Assembly: GCA_951406725.2 (NCBI GenBank)
Contig: OX597820.1
Span: 36,642,001 to 36,706,000 of the forward strand
Direction of reading: 5' to 3'
DNA from: Octopus vulgaris
Taxonomy: Eukaryota
DNA: 64,000 nt
The notes under the pieces were generated by a model. The model saw only the letters and a list, made by a program, of their open reading frames with translations. It made no database searches and was not told where the DNA came from. A program made the translations under genes and the position numbers. How positions within the stretch are numbered: the stretch's first letter is position 1; the number at the start of each line of letters is the position of its first letter. Below, in pieces: positions 12,184 through 24,739 of the stretch.

Positions 12184-12540
12184 ACAGGGGTTGGACAAAA
12201 TAATGGAAAGACCTTAAAATTTCAAACAATCTTATTTTAGTATGGGGTAGGACTGCCTTTGGCATTAGTTACAGCTTGAATTCTATGAGGTATGGACTCA
12301 TACAAAGTTTGAACTGTTTCCAAAGGAATTTTTGTCCATTCTTCAGCTAAAACAGTCTCCAGATCATCACAGAACTTCCTCCATGTTTAACAGTTGAAAG
12401 AAGGCAGTCTGGGTCAAATGCTTCTTTTGGCTGTCTTCACACATATACTCGGCTGGTGGTCGGAAATAGGGTTAAGGATGACTCGTCCGAGAAAATAACA
12501 TTCTTCCATTGCATAGGTTTTTTACTCCACTTTAAATTCT
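12184..12540 (-). mobile_element. Tc1-like transposon remnant
   Basis: TA|CAGGGGTTGGACAAAATAATGGAAA terminus; the minus strand near 12480-12515 encodes QWKNVIFSDES. Confidence 0.75.
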
Positions 12541-14340
12541 TTGATCCAAAAAATGTTGCTGTACATATTAATTATATGCTATTGAATAAACTTCCAGGAG
12601 AAATATTCACTTATAACTCAATTAACAGTGTTGTTGATTAGAATAGTGTTAATTACCCCATCGAATTTTTGAACTCACTACAACCACTAGGTACAGCTCC
12701 TTACTGTCTTCAGCTGAAAAAAAGGACTCCTATTCTACTACAGTGTAATTTGTCTCAGCCAAAATTATACAATTATACAAGATTAATTGTGCACAAACTC
12801 ATGAGGAACTGCAGTGAGGCAAATATTTTCACTGGTTGTGGTAAAGGTGAGGCCATCTTCATTCCTCACATACCAGTTATGCTACCTAATGTCCCATTCC
12901 AATTTAAGTGGTAATTTCCTATCCGAGTTTCTTTTGCCATGAGCATTAATAAAAGTCATGATGAAACACTAAAAGTTGCTGGATTGCAACTCGAACAACC
13001 ATGCTTTTCACATGGCCAACTGTATGTATGAGGATCACGTGTGGGAGTGAAGCCAAATCATTTTGCTTATGCACCCCAAAATAAAATAAAAAACATTGTT
13101 CATAAAGAAATATTTACTCTTAATACAACATGAATACTTCAATGTTTAATTTGCCACTACTATCATTACTTTTAAGAATGAGTAAATTACCTATTTAAAT
13201 GAAGTGTATTATATAATTGCCACTGCTATACTGATAAATAAAATAATACATTCAACTTGCTTATTATCATATAATAAACAAACAGAAGTTCATATATGAA
13301 ACTAATCTTTTTCTACTTCAATTATCATATGAAATCAAGGCTTTCAAGAGATCAATCAACTGAACTATTTGCAGAGCAGCTTTTGAAACTCGGAGTAGAG
13401 TTAGTCACAATTGATGAAGAACAGTTTCATACACTCAATCCAATATGTAATTCAACTGATTCTATCGATGGATGTATCTTGGTGGATGAAATCTTTCCTA
13501 ATCTTCTTCATAATTACAACAATACAGATTGGATCTGTGAGCGACCTATCCTAGCTCCAAAAAATGTTGCTGTACATAGCATTAATATGCTGTTGAATAA
13601 ACTTCCAAGAGAAATATTCATTTATAACTCAATTGACAGGGTTGTTGATGATTAGGATAGTGTTAACTACCCCATTGAATTTTTGAACTCACTACAACCT
13701 CTAGGTACAGCTCCTTACTGTCTTTAGCTGAAAAAAGGGACTCCTACTATGCTATTACATAATTTGTCTCAACCAAAATTATACAATGGTACAAGATTAA
13801 TTGTGCACAAACTCATGAGGAACTGCAGTGAGGCAAATATTTTCACTGGTTGTGGTAAAGGTGAGGCCATCTTCATTCCTCACATACCAGTTATGCTACC
13901 TAATGTCCCATTCCAATTTAAGTGGTAATTTCCTATCCGAGTTTCTTTTGCCATGAGCATTAATAAAAGTCAAGATGAAACACTAAAAGTTGCTGGATTG
14001 CAACTCGAACAACCATGCTTTTCACATGGCCAATGGTATGCAGGAACATTATGTGTGGGAGCAAAAGCAGATCTTTTTGCTTAAACACTGCAAATAAAAC
14101 AAAAAACATTGTTTCTAAAGAAATATTCACTCTTCAATAACTTAATTTACCATTACTATCACTACATTCAAGAATGAGTAACTTACCTATTTAAATGAAG
14201 TGTTTTATATAACTGCCATTACTGTATTGATAAATAAAATAACACATACAACTCATCATATAATAAACAAACAGAAGTTCACGTATGAAATGGATCTTTT
14301 TTCTACTTCATTTATTACATATTTTTCCCTTATAAAAATA
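12541..14340 (+). pseudogene. two tandem Helitron RepHel (PIF1 helicase) C-terminal remnants
   Basis: [89 protein letters not shown]; copies at ~12541-13330 and ~13330-14340, both with stops. Confidence 0.88.
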
Positions 14341-14357
14341 CACACATATAGGAGGAT

Positions 14358-14750
14358 TATCATCATCATCATTTAACATCCGCTTTCCATGCTAGCATGG
14401 GTTGGACGATTTGACTGAGGTCTGGCGAACCAGACTCCAATCTGATCTGGCAGAGTTTCTACAGCTGGATGCCCTTCCTAACACCAACCACTCCAAGAGT
14501 ATAGTGAGTGCTTTTATGTGCCACTGGCACGAGGGCCAGTTTGGTGGTACTGGCAATGGCCACGCCCAAATGGTGCTTTTTATGTGCCACCTGCACAGGA
14601 GCCAATCCAGCGGTACTGGCGATGACCTTGCTCAAATGTTTCATGTGCCACCAGCACAAGTGCTAGTAAGGTGACGTGGTAACGATCACGCTCGAATGGT
14701 ATGTTTAACGTGCCATCGGCACGAAGGCCAGCTTGTTGCTCTGGCAACCA
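14358..14750 (-). mobile_element. RTE LINE 3'UTR/tail fragment
   Basis: Same (CAT)n-TTAAC...GCTAGCATGGGTTGGACGA family as 6700-7215. Confidence 0.85.
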
Positions 14751-15011
14751 TCTTGTTTTTTAAGAAAATTTCAATGGCAGACCGTCACCACACCCCCATT
14801 CCGTCTTTTTCCTTCTTTTTTTTAAAGAATCGCACATTTTCGGCTACGGAGATTCCGAATCTGTAAAGAAATTTGCATTTCAAAATTTATATAAAACAAC
14901 GCGTTTTAATCGATGGCGAACAATAAAGTTTGAATAAAAGCCTTCTTTGAACTGGTTTATGACATTTTGGTGGTCGGGAGTTAAAAGTAAACATTAAAGG
15001 AAAGACTTCCT

Positions 15012-15420
15012 GGATCTTTTCGGTTTGAACGGCAGTTTTTTAAAATAATTTCCACGTAACTAAACACTTTTAAACTTCGTATACTGGTAGAATGTGTTTA
15101 TAAAACATCTTTTTCTCTTGGCTTTATTGAGAAAATTCTATGGTTTGTAAGATATTTGTTGTTGTTTTTTCTTCAATTTCTGCAATTTCAACCAATCAAT
15201 GACGTCTATTGAGGTAAAAAAAAAAAAAACATTCTGTGCCGTATGAATATGTCCCTCGTTTAAGAAACAGATTGGGTTTATTTACATTTGTGAAGAAAAA
15301 AAGATACCCTCCCCCCCTAACCCTAAAACAGATTGAAATGCAATAGATCGATACTAGGGCCATAATTATGGGTGACAATTTCATGACACCACTAGAAAAA
15401 ACTGCCGTTCAAACCGAAAA
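15012..15420. mobile_element. Merlin-like MITE family B, copy 1
   Basis: TIR GGATCTTTTCGGTTTGAACGGCAGTTTTT ... AAAAACTGCCGTTCAAACCGAAAA (right tip lost); near-identical to 20332-20739; absent at the paralogous site ~23100. Confidence 0.85.
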
Positions 15421-15975
15421 TTTCCTGCTTTAAAATGAGTAGACATAAAAAATTCGGGAACAAGGTTGAGAAGGTTATGAAAAATGAAGTCGGGGTGGGC
15501 TATCAAACAGTAGTTCCGTCTGCCATATAAAAAAAACCGGATTTTGGTCGGTAATCTAACAATTTGTTTCATTTTTTAATTAAATTTTGACTTGATATAA
15601 AAGCTTGACAGATAACTTTCTATTATTTATCTCTATGTTATATTATATATTTATTTTCATTCATTATTTACCTTAAATACGTGTTGGGTGCTGAAATGTT
15701 TCTAGCTTTGGATAACAGAAAATACAGAAGAATCGGTTAATTATGATTTTATTTAACATATTTCCGTCAGATTCACACACTTGTTGCAGCGGCCCTTCAG
15801 TTTTTCTAAGTCCTGTAAGTCGGAAGGTTGGCCTCCAACTAGGCCTTTCGCGACACCCTTAACGTCAAGAACTTTTCAACACTCCGTCGTATATCGAGTT
15901 TAAAAATAAATTACGGAAATATGGACATTATTCGATATCTCCAAGCGGACATATCAGACGAACATTAGGTATCTG

Positions 15976-16568
15976 GGCATAGTTTCGGTTGTAGTAGCAC
16001 AGATTTCCGTCGATTTCCGTAAAAAACTTTTATTTTTTTACATAAGTAATGAGAGCGAAAGAGACTAAGAGGAAGCCATTTTACGACGAGAAGGTTTCAC
16101 TTTGAAGTCGGCCTGTGTGTGTTTGATGGGGTGTGGGAGACAGACAGTATGTTGTGTAAGTGAAGTGCTTCTGTTAGTGTGTGCGAAGAGACAGACATAC
16201 ATATACACATACACCGAGTACATACATACATACATACACACACACACATACATAGATACATACACACACACACACATACATGCATACATACATATACACA
16301 TACACCGAGTAAAAAATCAGTTATCTCTCTCTTTCACACATTACTCTCTCTGTCTCTTCGCACACACTAACAGAAGCACTTCACTTACACAACATACTGT
16401 CTGTCTCCCACACCCCATCAAACACACACAGGCCGATTTCAAAGTGAAACCTTCTCGTCATAAAATCGCTTCCTCTTAGTCTCTTTCGCTCTCATTACTT
16501 ATGTAAAAAAATAAAAGTTTTTTACGGAAATCGACGGAAATCTGCGCTACGACATGCGAAACTTCGCC
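15976..16568. mobile_element. Merlin-like MITE family A, copy 1 (long TIRs, (CA)n core)
   Basis: GGCATAGTTTCG...ATTTCCGT and ACGGAAAT...CGAAACTTCGCC; about 200-bp inverted arms; same family as 19414-20294. Confidence 0.85.
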
Positions 16569-17232
16569 TATGCCTTTAACTTTTAGGTGGGGGTTACACG
16601 TTTAAAGATACGGAGATTACAATTTTGTAAAAAAATATTTTCCACTTTCATTTCCTGATCATAAAACGAAAAATACCAAGAAAACACTTTGTTAAAAGGT
16701 TTTATTTATTTTGGAGATGGATAATGATGTTCAATATTTTCTTAATAGTTTTTTTACAAAAATAAATCCATTCAAATGAAAAAAATGTCCAAGGAAAATT
16801 GAAAATCAACTTTTTCACAAAGTACATGATGTGTAAACATAATATATTGGTCGCATGGCCTAAAACAGACAGTACCGAGTTCTCAAATTAGATGTCCCTA
16901 CCGTATGGGGAAAGAAAAAGGTTATAGGAGTAAGGGGAAAAAATCAAATGTCAAACATTAAAATTCATCATAAAAAACAAAATTCAGAATCACAATTACC
17001 AGAATATTAAAAACCTAAGCTGGGAAAAAAAGAAAAACATACCTTTTTCTTTACCCCCCAAAATAGGGACATCTTTTCCGAACCTCACACATAATTATGC
17101 AAATACATTTACAATTATTAAGAACAATCCATATCAGAGGCGTAACAAGATGGGAGACACCGGTGCGAAAAGAAACAAGATTTCTCCTCCTGACTTACCA
17201 TAAGTATTAAATAAGGCGACAAAGTCAAATGT

Positions 17233-18009
17233 CTACCTCTCTGCTGAATTACCAATAGAATCCTTCCATATCTCATGTTCTCTATACTTTTTGTTTATAT
17301 CACGAATTCTTATATTTGACTTCTTTAAATTCTTCGGAGTAATTGTAGTAAGCTTTAGAGCTTTGAGGAAATTCATTCCATCGGTATGATGGTTTTCCCG
17401 ACCTTTGAATAAAACCTCAAGCCTCTTGCGCCAGTCAAACCTATCTACAATTCCTTGTTTCTCATCACTTTCGGGGCAAGGATACTTATGATCGATTATG
17501 TAGAAGTAATAAGGAATTCCTAGCCAACGCGCGACATCCTGAGGTGGAAAGTTATTTTTTTCAAAAAGCTCTCCAATATGTAAAATCATTTCGTTTGTAA
17601 TTTGAAAGGGGTCCTCGTACAGTTCCCATTGACAGAAAGTTTTTTCGCGAATTCTGTGGTCATGTACATTTATGTTAGCCATGCTTTCCCATGTCTCCCA
17701 TTTTTCGAGCAAATGTCCTATGCTAGTTTCTTCTTTTTCGTTCTTCACGCAAGGTTCGAGCCTTTCCTTGATTTCATCCAAGATACTTTTATCTGAACGT
17801 TTACCGCGGGTATCGATGAAAGCAGCGAAGGCGAATACAGGTATTAAACGGACCTTATCAGAGCAGAGAAAGAACTCTTCCATAGTCTTGATAGCAAGAA
17901 AATCCAAACCAAGTTGGATTGAGACTCTAAAGAGGGACTTAGGGTCAGCCAGTTTCTCAGACATCTTTTGTAAATTTTCATAAGAAAACATACAACTATT
18001 GTTTGCCAT
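17233..18009 (-). CDS. orphan protein (258 aa from the ATG at 18009), putative tandem death-fold-like domains
   Basis: Uninterrupted 777-nt ORF in very AT-rich DNA, good Kozak context (CAACC-ATG-G), globular composition; N-terminal motif shared with the 30088-31527 ORF; second repeat ITNEMILHIGELF....PQDVARWLGIP. The domain call is by eye only. Confidence 0.7.
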   Translation of the reverse strand: MANNSCMFSYENLQKMSEKLADPKSLFRVSIQLGLDFLAIKTMEEFFLCSDKVRLIPVFAFAAFIDTRGKRSDKSILDEIKERLEPCVKNEKEETSIGHLLEKWETWESMANINVHDHRIREKTFCQWELYEDPFQITNEMILHIGELFEKNNFPPQDVARWLGIPYYFYIIDHKYPCPESDEKQGIVDRFDWRKRLEVLFKGRENHHTDGMNFLKALKLTTITPKNLKKSNIRIRDINKKYREHEIWKDSIGNSAER

Positions 18010-18590
18010 GGTTGGAAAAAAAAAATTAAACAAAACTGTGTAGACACCAAGGAAATGATTGACGGTCTGTGCCAGTAAATATCACTCCAGAAAATTTATC
18101 AAATCGAATAAGTTAGATTGTTGGGCTCATCCAGTTGTAAGTGATGAATTTAAATGCTTTTAATAAAATAAAGTTATTCGTTGTAAAAGTGAAAAAGGTG
18201 GCAGTGTGTCTGAAAATATAGAAGAACGAAGACCAGTGAAGAGCATTACTTAAATAGCTGCGAAATGAATCTCGCCAATATTTTTTAGTGATAAACGTTT
18301 AGTATTTACACGACTTCCGTGAATAGAAAACAAAAAAAAAACTTACGTCATTAAAACAACAAAAATAACTCGTTTCACAAAATATAACCTCCGGAAGCTT
18401 TCGCCTGTGTCCGATATTCTACGGTATGTTCCGGAGTATAACCGCTATTAAAAAAATAGTAGAGGCAGTAAAAAAAAAAAGATTTTAAAAGTAACTTTGG
18501 ATGATGACTTGTATTAATGACATATATTTGGCTTTAAACTTAAATAAAAGTAAAATCGAAGTGACATTTCTTGACTAGCCTACATATTTC

Positions 18591-18625
18591 GGTTAATGTT
18601 TAAAAGCACACCATTTAGATTAACC
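18591..18625. mobile_element. 35-bp micro-MITE / internally deleted Merlin-like element
   Basis: CATATTTC|GGTTAATGTTTA...TAGATTAACC|CATATTTC: exact 8-bp TSD; termini match the element at 32210-33701. Confidence 0.7.
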
Positions 18626-19413
18626 CATATTTCTAATACATAACCTGCGTAAGTGGATATGTATGTAGATGTTAACTGAGTATATATAGCCTGAATATGT
18701 CAATTGGACTTATATAGTCTTATATGCATGCATACATAGAGATTACCTATATCGCTAATGATAGAAGTCAAAAAATACTTCTGTACAACCAAATATTCAC
18801 AAATCTACTACAGGCAAGATAGGTCTTACCTCAAATGGGTACTCATATATAAATATTTCCTGTGGATGTTGACTATGTATACTTAACATTAATAGTGTAG
18901 CTACATACTATAGGTATTAAGCTTGTGTTATTTATTCCTTGCTATAATACTCTAATACAGCAAATTTATGGGCATACCTGTGGCGGAGACGAATCCCCCC
19001 TCCTACTTCGTTTTTTAATTTGTTTTTTTTTTTTACGGAAACCCACATTTTCGGCTATTGAAATTCTGATTTTGAAAAAAAATGGCAACTTCAAAATTTC
19101 AATACCCACTTCATTTTTCACTTTCTTCAGAAACCTTTTTTTTTTTTTTTTTTTGGCGAAATACGGAAATTATGATCCTGAAAACAAATTGTTTGTAAAA
19201 TTTCAATTTTACAAAAAAAAAAAATTTAATTACCCCCAAACCCCTCTCCTCCCGATTTACGGCCTTCAAGCAGGATACCCACATGCTAGAAATAACAGCC
19301 AAATCTCACAGATACTCTTATCAGTCTTTGCATTTCCCTTGGATAACATTGGTGGCATGGTGACGGTAGGCTGGAACGCATGGGTGACTGCCGGTCTTCT
19401 ATAAACAAATTTG

Positions 19414-20294
19414 GGCATAGTTTCGGTTGTAGTAGCACAGATTTCCGTAAAAAACTTTTATTTTTTTACATAAGTAATGAGAGCGAAAGAGACTAAGAGG
19501 AAGAAATTTTACGACGAGAAGGTTTCACTTTGAAGTCGGCCTGTGTGTGTTTGATGGGGTGTGGGAGACAGACAGTATGTTGTGTAAGTGAAGTGCTTCT
19601 GTTAGTGTGTGCGAAGAGACAGACATACATATACACATACACCGAGTACATACATACATACACACACACACACACATACATAGATACATACACACACACA
19701 CATACATACATACATACACACACACATACTTACACACACACACACATAGATACATACACACACACACATACATGCAGACATACATATACACATACACCGA
19801 GTAAAAAATTACACTGAATCGACCATACATACATACACACATACATACATACACATACACACATACATAGATACATACACACACACACATACATGCAGAC
19901 ATACATATACACATACACCGAGTAAAAAATTACGATGAATCGGCCATACATACATACATACACACATACTTACACACACACACATACATAGATACATACA
20001 CACACACACACATACATGCATACATACATATACACATACACCGAGTAAAAAATCAGTTATCTCTCTCTTTCACACATTACTCTCTCTGTCTCTTCGCACA
20101 CACTAACAGAAGCACTTCACTTACACAACATACTGTCTGTCTCCCACACCCCATCAAACACACACAGGCCGATTTCAAAGTGAAACCTTCTCGTCATAAA
20201 ATCGCTTCCTCTTAGTCTCTTTCGCTCTCATTACTTATGTAAAAAAATAAAAGTTTTTTACGGAAATCTGCGCTACGACATGCGAAACTTCGCC
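19414..20294. mobile_element. Merlin-like MITE family A, copy 2
   Basis: CAAATTTG|GGCATAG ... CTTCGCC|CAAATTTG (8-bp TSD); internal ~120-bp CA-rich units ending in CACCGAGTA. Confidence 0.9.
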
Positions 20295-20331
20295 CAAATT
20301 TGCCCAGACTTGTATCTTGGAGGGGGACTTT

Positions 20332-20739
20332 GGATCTTTTCGGTTTGAACGGCAGTTTTTTAAAATAATTTCCACGTAACTAAACACTTCTAAACTTCGT
20401 ATACTGGTAGAATGTGTTTATAAAACATCTTTTTCTCTTGGCTTTATTGAGAAAATTCTATAGTTTGTAAGATATTTGTTGTTGTTTTTTCTTCAATTTC
20501 TGCAATTTCAACCAATCAATGACGTCTATTGAGGTAAAAAAAAACATTCTGTGCCGTATGAATATGTCCCTCGTTTAAGAAACAGATTGAGTTTATTTAC
20601 ATTTGTGAAGAAAAAAAAGTTACCCTTCCCCCTAACCCTAAAACAGATTGAAATGCAATAGATCGATACTAGGGTCATAATTATGGGTGACAATTTCATG
20701 ACACCGCTAGAAAAACTGCCGTTCAAACCGAAAAGATCT
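20332..20739. mobile_element. Merlin-like MITE family B, copy 2
   Basis: GGGACTTT|GGATCTTTTCGG ... CCGAAAAGATCT|GGGACTTT (8-bp TSD). Confidence 0.9.
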
Positions 20740-20952
20740 GGGACTTTCTAAGTGTAATCTCATGGTCATTCATGACCAAAGGAGATTTTTACCCTTTTCT
20801 CCTTTTTTCTAGATATCCTCTACAAAAACCTGCACTACCGCACTTCCTTCTCATAGTTTATTCCTTTGTTCACTGGCATGAAGCTGACGCCCATTTCACA
20901 GGATTTGTAGTTCTGCGAAGTTCATGGATGTTAGATGGGTACTACTTGAGAA

Positions 20953-21183
20953 CAGTGGTCCCGGTGCGCGCACTCGCGTAGTCGCGCATCCGCGCTAGCT
21001 AGTCGTAACTAGTCGATCCTACAACGACTACCTAGCAAAGTAAATAAAACACAAAATAAATAATTTTTTAACACAAAATAATTTTTGTTAAACAAAGTAA
21101 ATAAAACACAAAAACACAAAGTAAGGATCGACTAGTCATGACTAGCTAGCGCGGATGCGTGAGTGCGCGCACCGGGACTACTG
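20953..21183. mobile_element. GC-rich fold-back MITE
   Basis: CAGTGGTCCCGGTGCGCGCACTC...CTAGTCGATCCT mirrored by AGGATCGACTAG...GAGTGCGCGCACCGGGACTACTG; no clear TSD. Confidence 0.7.
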
Positions 21184-21364
21184 TTTCTAGCACGTCTCAC
21201 GATAACCCTCCTCGTTTCTTTCTCTCTCTTGCATGTATTGATGTTTTTCAATATTTTTCTTCCCATAAAAACATGTAGCGGACTCTCTCTCTCTCTCTTT
21301 CTCTGTTATATATACATGAATACGGACGTAGTAGATAACAGCTAGCCTTCGGCTACTTGGAACC

Positions 21365-22236
21365 TGTTGTATCCACTACTCTGATTGGTTGGTATTGGCG
21401 CAGTTTGTCTCTTGCTCTGTTACACGCCAATGTGCAACCCAACCAATCGCAGCTTTCTGATAAGGTCACGTGAGACAGTCTTTTCTAAACCTCAGTTGCG
21501 CCGATTGAATGGTATAAAAAAGCTAGTTTCAACACCGTATTTCATCTTTCGGTTAGTCTAGACCTTCTAAGGTCTAACCACTGACCACAGAGCACACAGC
21601 CAGTTCCAGCGACAACACCAGCAGCCACATTGGAGACTCAACATTCATCCAACAGCATACAGCAATCTCCATCTCCGTCATCAACATCTCTACATACACC
21701 GCAACCAGCAACCGTCGCACAGGTTTTATCTCAACACTGTTCGTGAATTACTTCACCATGGTTAACAGCTAATACAACCTGCGAGATGTGTATCAAGTAA
21801 CCGGCACTGCATAGTAGCCACAGTTTCCCGCACGCCTTGTGCCTCAATCGGCTCTGCTTCTTCGCCACAACTTCTTGTTACAGGACTTCAACTATCGCGT
21901 ACCTTGACTACGAACTGGTATTTATTCATCCTTGTGTCTGAGCATTCTTCTAGCGGTCCTATTATGGACTCTTTCTATGCTCTGTATTTTAATGCACACA
22001 CATACACATGATGTATACATGACGGCCTGTCTATTGTTATTATTATATATGTACTTATGACGCACACACAGACACACACGTTAATTTATCAATAAAATCT
22101 TCTCTTAACATTCTATCGGTTGTGTCGTCTCTTTTCCTTCTGGCACTCATACACATTTATTCTTTTCGCATCTCTTGTAAACGACCGTGCGGTGTATTAA
22201 AGGAGCTGATAGACGGACACTGTCTTTATTTAACGT
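21365..22236 (+). mobile_element. solo-LTR-like element
   Basis: Starts TGTTG; has CCAAT boxes, TATAAAA (~21513) and AATAAA (~22091); patchy similarity to 39550-40424 (CCAGTTCCAGCGACA, GGTTAACAGC, CCTGCGAGAT, TACGAACTGGTA). No TSD found. Confidence 0.5.
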
Positions 22237-22503
22237 AAAACAATACGCTTAAATAAGAATATAAGAAATAAACTTGACTTCTCTCACAAACGAGAATACT
22301 AAAAATGAACGCGACTCCTCTCAAAAATTAAGTAAAAAGAAAATGGAAAAATAATCCAGTATCCTTGTCCGGTACCTGATCGATCCGACGGACATGGCGG
22401 ACCGTTGCCATACCCCCATTCCACACCCCCTTTTTTAAAAAAAGAAACCCACATTTTCGGCTACGGAGATTCCGAATCTGTAAAAAATATTTACATTTCA
22501 AAA

Positions 22504-22902
22504 TCTATATATATAAAAGTGAGGTTGTGTGCTGTCTGTCTCCTACGATTTAGATTCCTTACTCCCACATTTTGCGGTGCAGTTTAACCAAAAGCGGGTA
22601 TCTTATAGTCGTGATTCATATCGAGCCCTTCTGAGTATTAGCGCGCGTCTACGATGAGTCTACGATTTAAAAAAAAAAATTACCATAATTTTTCCGCATT
22701 TTTAATGCATTTTCGCTCGGTTTATATAAGGGAAGTAACTCTCTAAAAATGTATTATTAAATCTCAGAACGTAAAAAGCTACAGTAACAACCCCCTCGTT
22801 GTGGTTAGCCATATTGAGATGGCTATTATACTTTACATCTCTAAAAATGCTTATATAGTTATTTCCCTTACAAACCCGAGCAACGCCGGGCGATACTGCT
22901 AG
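22504..22902 (+). mobile_element. non-autonomous Helitron
   Basis: A|TCTATATATATAAAA 5' end; 3' hairpin CCCGAGCAACGCCGGG then CTAG|T; no TSD; the empty paralogous site CAAAA|TTTATATAAAACAACGCG is at ~14885. Confidence 0.92.
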
Positions 22903-23639
22903 TTTAATATAAAACAACGCGTCTTAATCGTTGGACAGCAGTGATTAACCTATTAGATGGCGAGCAATAAAGTTTGAATAAAAGCCTTCTTTGAACTGGT
23001 TTATGACATTTTGCTGGTCGGGAATTAAAAGTAAACATGAACCAATGTATGTGTTAAAATTACTTTAAAAAACCACCCTCGATTCAATGATACAAACTTC
23101 CTGCTTTAAAATAGGTAGACATAAAAAATTCGGGAAGGTTATGAAAAACTAAGTCGGAGGTGGGGCATCAAACAGTAGATCCGTCTGCAATACTAAAAAC
23201 CGGGGTTAATGTTTACAACGGGTCGGATTATTCAAAAGCTTGACAGAAAACTTTCTATTATCAATCTCTACGTTATATTAAATATTTATTTTCATTCATT
23301 ATTTACCTTCAATATGTGTTGGGTACTGAAATGTTTCTAGCTTTGTGTAACAGAAAATACAAGAGAATCGGTTAATTATTATAAAGTTTTCAAACTTTTA
23401 GTTTCCCCACACACCCGCCTACTTTTAACTTTTATGTGGGGGTTACACATCTAAAGATACAGAGATTACAATCTTGAAAAAAAAAAATCCACTTTCATTT
23501 CGTGTTCATAAAACGAAAAATACCAAGAAAACACTTTAAGAGCTTTTATTTGTTTTGGAGATGGATACTGATGTTCAATATTTTCTTAAAAGTTTTTTTA
23601 CAAAGATAAATCCGTTCGAATGAAAAAAATGTTAAGGGA

Positions 23640-23932
23640 TGTGGGATGACGTCAGCAGCCGGACGTCAGCAGCGGGGTGCGTTGACCGGAAGCTGGGGCA
23701 AGCGGAAGGGGTCAGCTGTCAAGCGTGCGCAGGGGACGGAAATTGACTTTTCCAACGTGGGTCGTGCTGGGGACAAGACGTGCGAGGACGTCGCTAAAGA
23801 GTTTGGGGCCAGCAGCTACTATCGTTAGTGTTCGGGTAGGGGCTGTGAGGAAGGACCAGTCATCTCTGGAGGATCTCCGTCACCGCGAAGAGAAGGTAGG
23901 TGCCTCTATATTCAAATCGCACACTCACTACA
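23640..23932 (+). repeat. 5' LTR
   Basis: TGTGGGATGACGTCA...CACTCACTACA; differs from the 3' LTR by a 14-bp duplication and five transitions. Confidence 0.95.
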
Positions 23933-23977
23933 AGCTATTTCGGCAGTTCGTAAACATTCTCATTTTTTTTCAACACG

Positions 23978-24739
23978 ATGTCTGCAAAAATTAGGATCGC
24001 CAGTGACGTCGTCAGACCTTTTAACGGCGAAGGCGATGTAGTGGCCTGGATTCGGAAAATCAGGCTGGTGGCGAGACTGCAGGGCATAAGCGACGTGGCG
24101 AGTCTTATGGCGCTGTATTTGGAAGGGAGTGCGTTGTCGCTTTACCTAGAGATGGATGAAGAGGAACGGCTCTGCGATGAGAATATAGAGCGGCGCTTGT
24201 GTGACGCATACACGGAATGCGAGTACACAGCTTTCGCTAGGCTAGGTGCAATCAGGTGGACGGAAGGCCAGGTGGATGATTTTGCATCGGAAGCTAGAAG
24301 GCTAGCGACTCTGCCGGGTTTGCCGGAGAAGGACTGGAGAGAGCAGCCCGACTGGCGTTCGTGAATGGGTTCCCCGACGATGTAGGGATTCACCTACAAC
24401 GACTCCCCGGGTCAAAAAGATGCCATTGAGCGAACTTGTAGCTCATGCTCGGCGTTGACGAGACACTCTGGGCGGAAGGCGATAGCGATGGCTGTGACGG
24501 AGGCGCGTAAAGACGGACGACGTCCCGAGAAAGAGGTACAGAAGCTCACCGTGCAACGAGAGCGGCCGTTCTCAGGACGGTGTTTTAGATGCCAGGGACC
24601 GCACATGGCGCGGGACTGTACGCAGCCGGGGCCCGTTTGCTATCGATGCAGGTAGACAGGGCACATTGCCCGTGATTGCGGCCAGGGAAACGACCGCGGG
24701 GAAGTTGCTGCCTCTCGAACTTTCCCCTCAAACGAGTAG
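23978..24739 (+). pseudogene. gag: Gypsy gag (frameshifts, one stop)
   Basis: RPFNGEGDVVAWIRKIRLVA...YLEGSALSLY; zinc knuckles CFRCQGPHMARDC and CYRCR*TGHIARDC. Confidence 0.85.

Larger units (their letters stand above)
14775..16810 (+). repeat. duplicated non-coding backbone, copy 1 (paralog of 22394-27860)
   Basis: After removing insertions it is colinear with 22394-23639 plus 27848-27860 (shared CACATTTTCGGCTACGGAGATTCCGAATCTG, AATAAAGTTTGAATAAAAGCCTTCTTTGAACTGG, CTGAAATGTTTCTAGCTTTG, ATACCAAGAAAACACTTT). Confidence 0.88.

Noticed and set aside
16065-20021. Numerous CVCV/HTHT/YIYI ORFs here and elsewhere
   Set aside because: They arise from stop-free (CA)n/(TA)n microsatellites.
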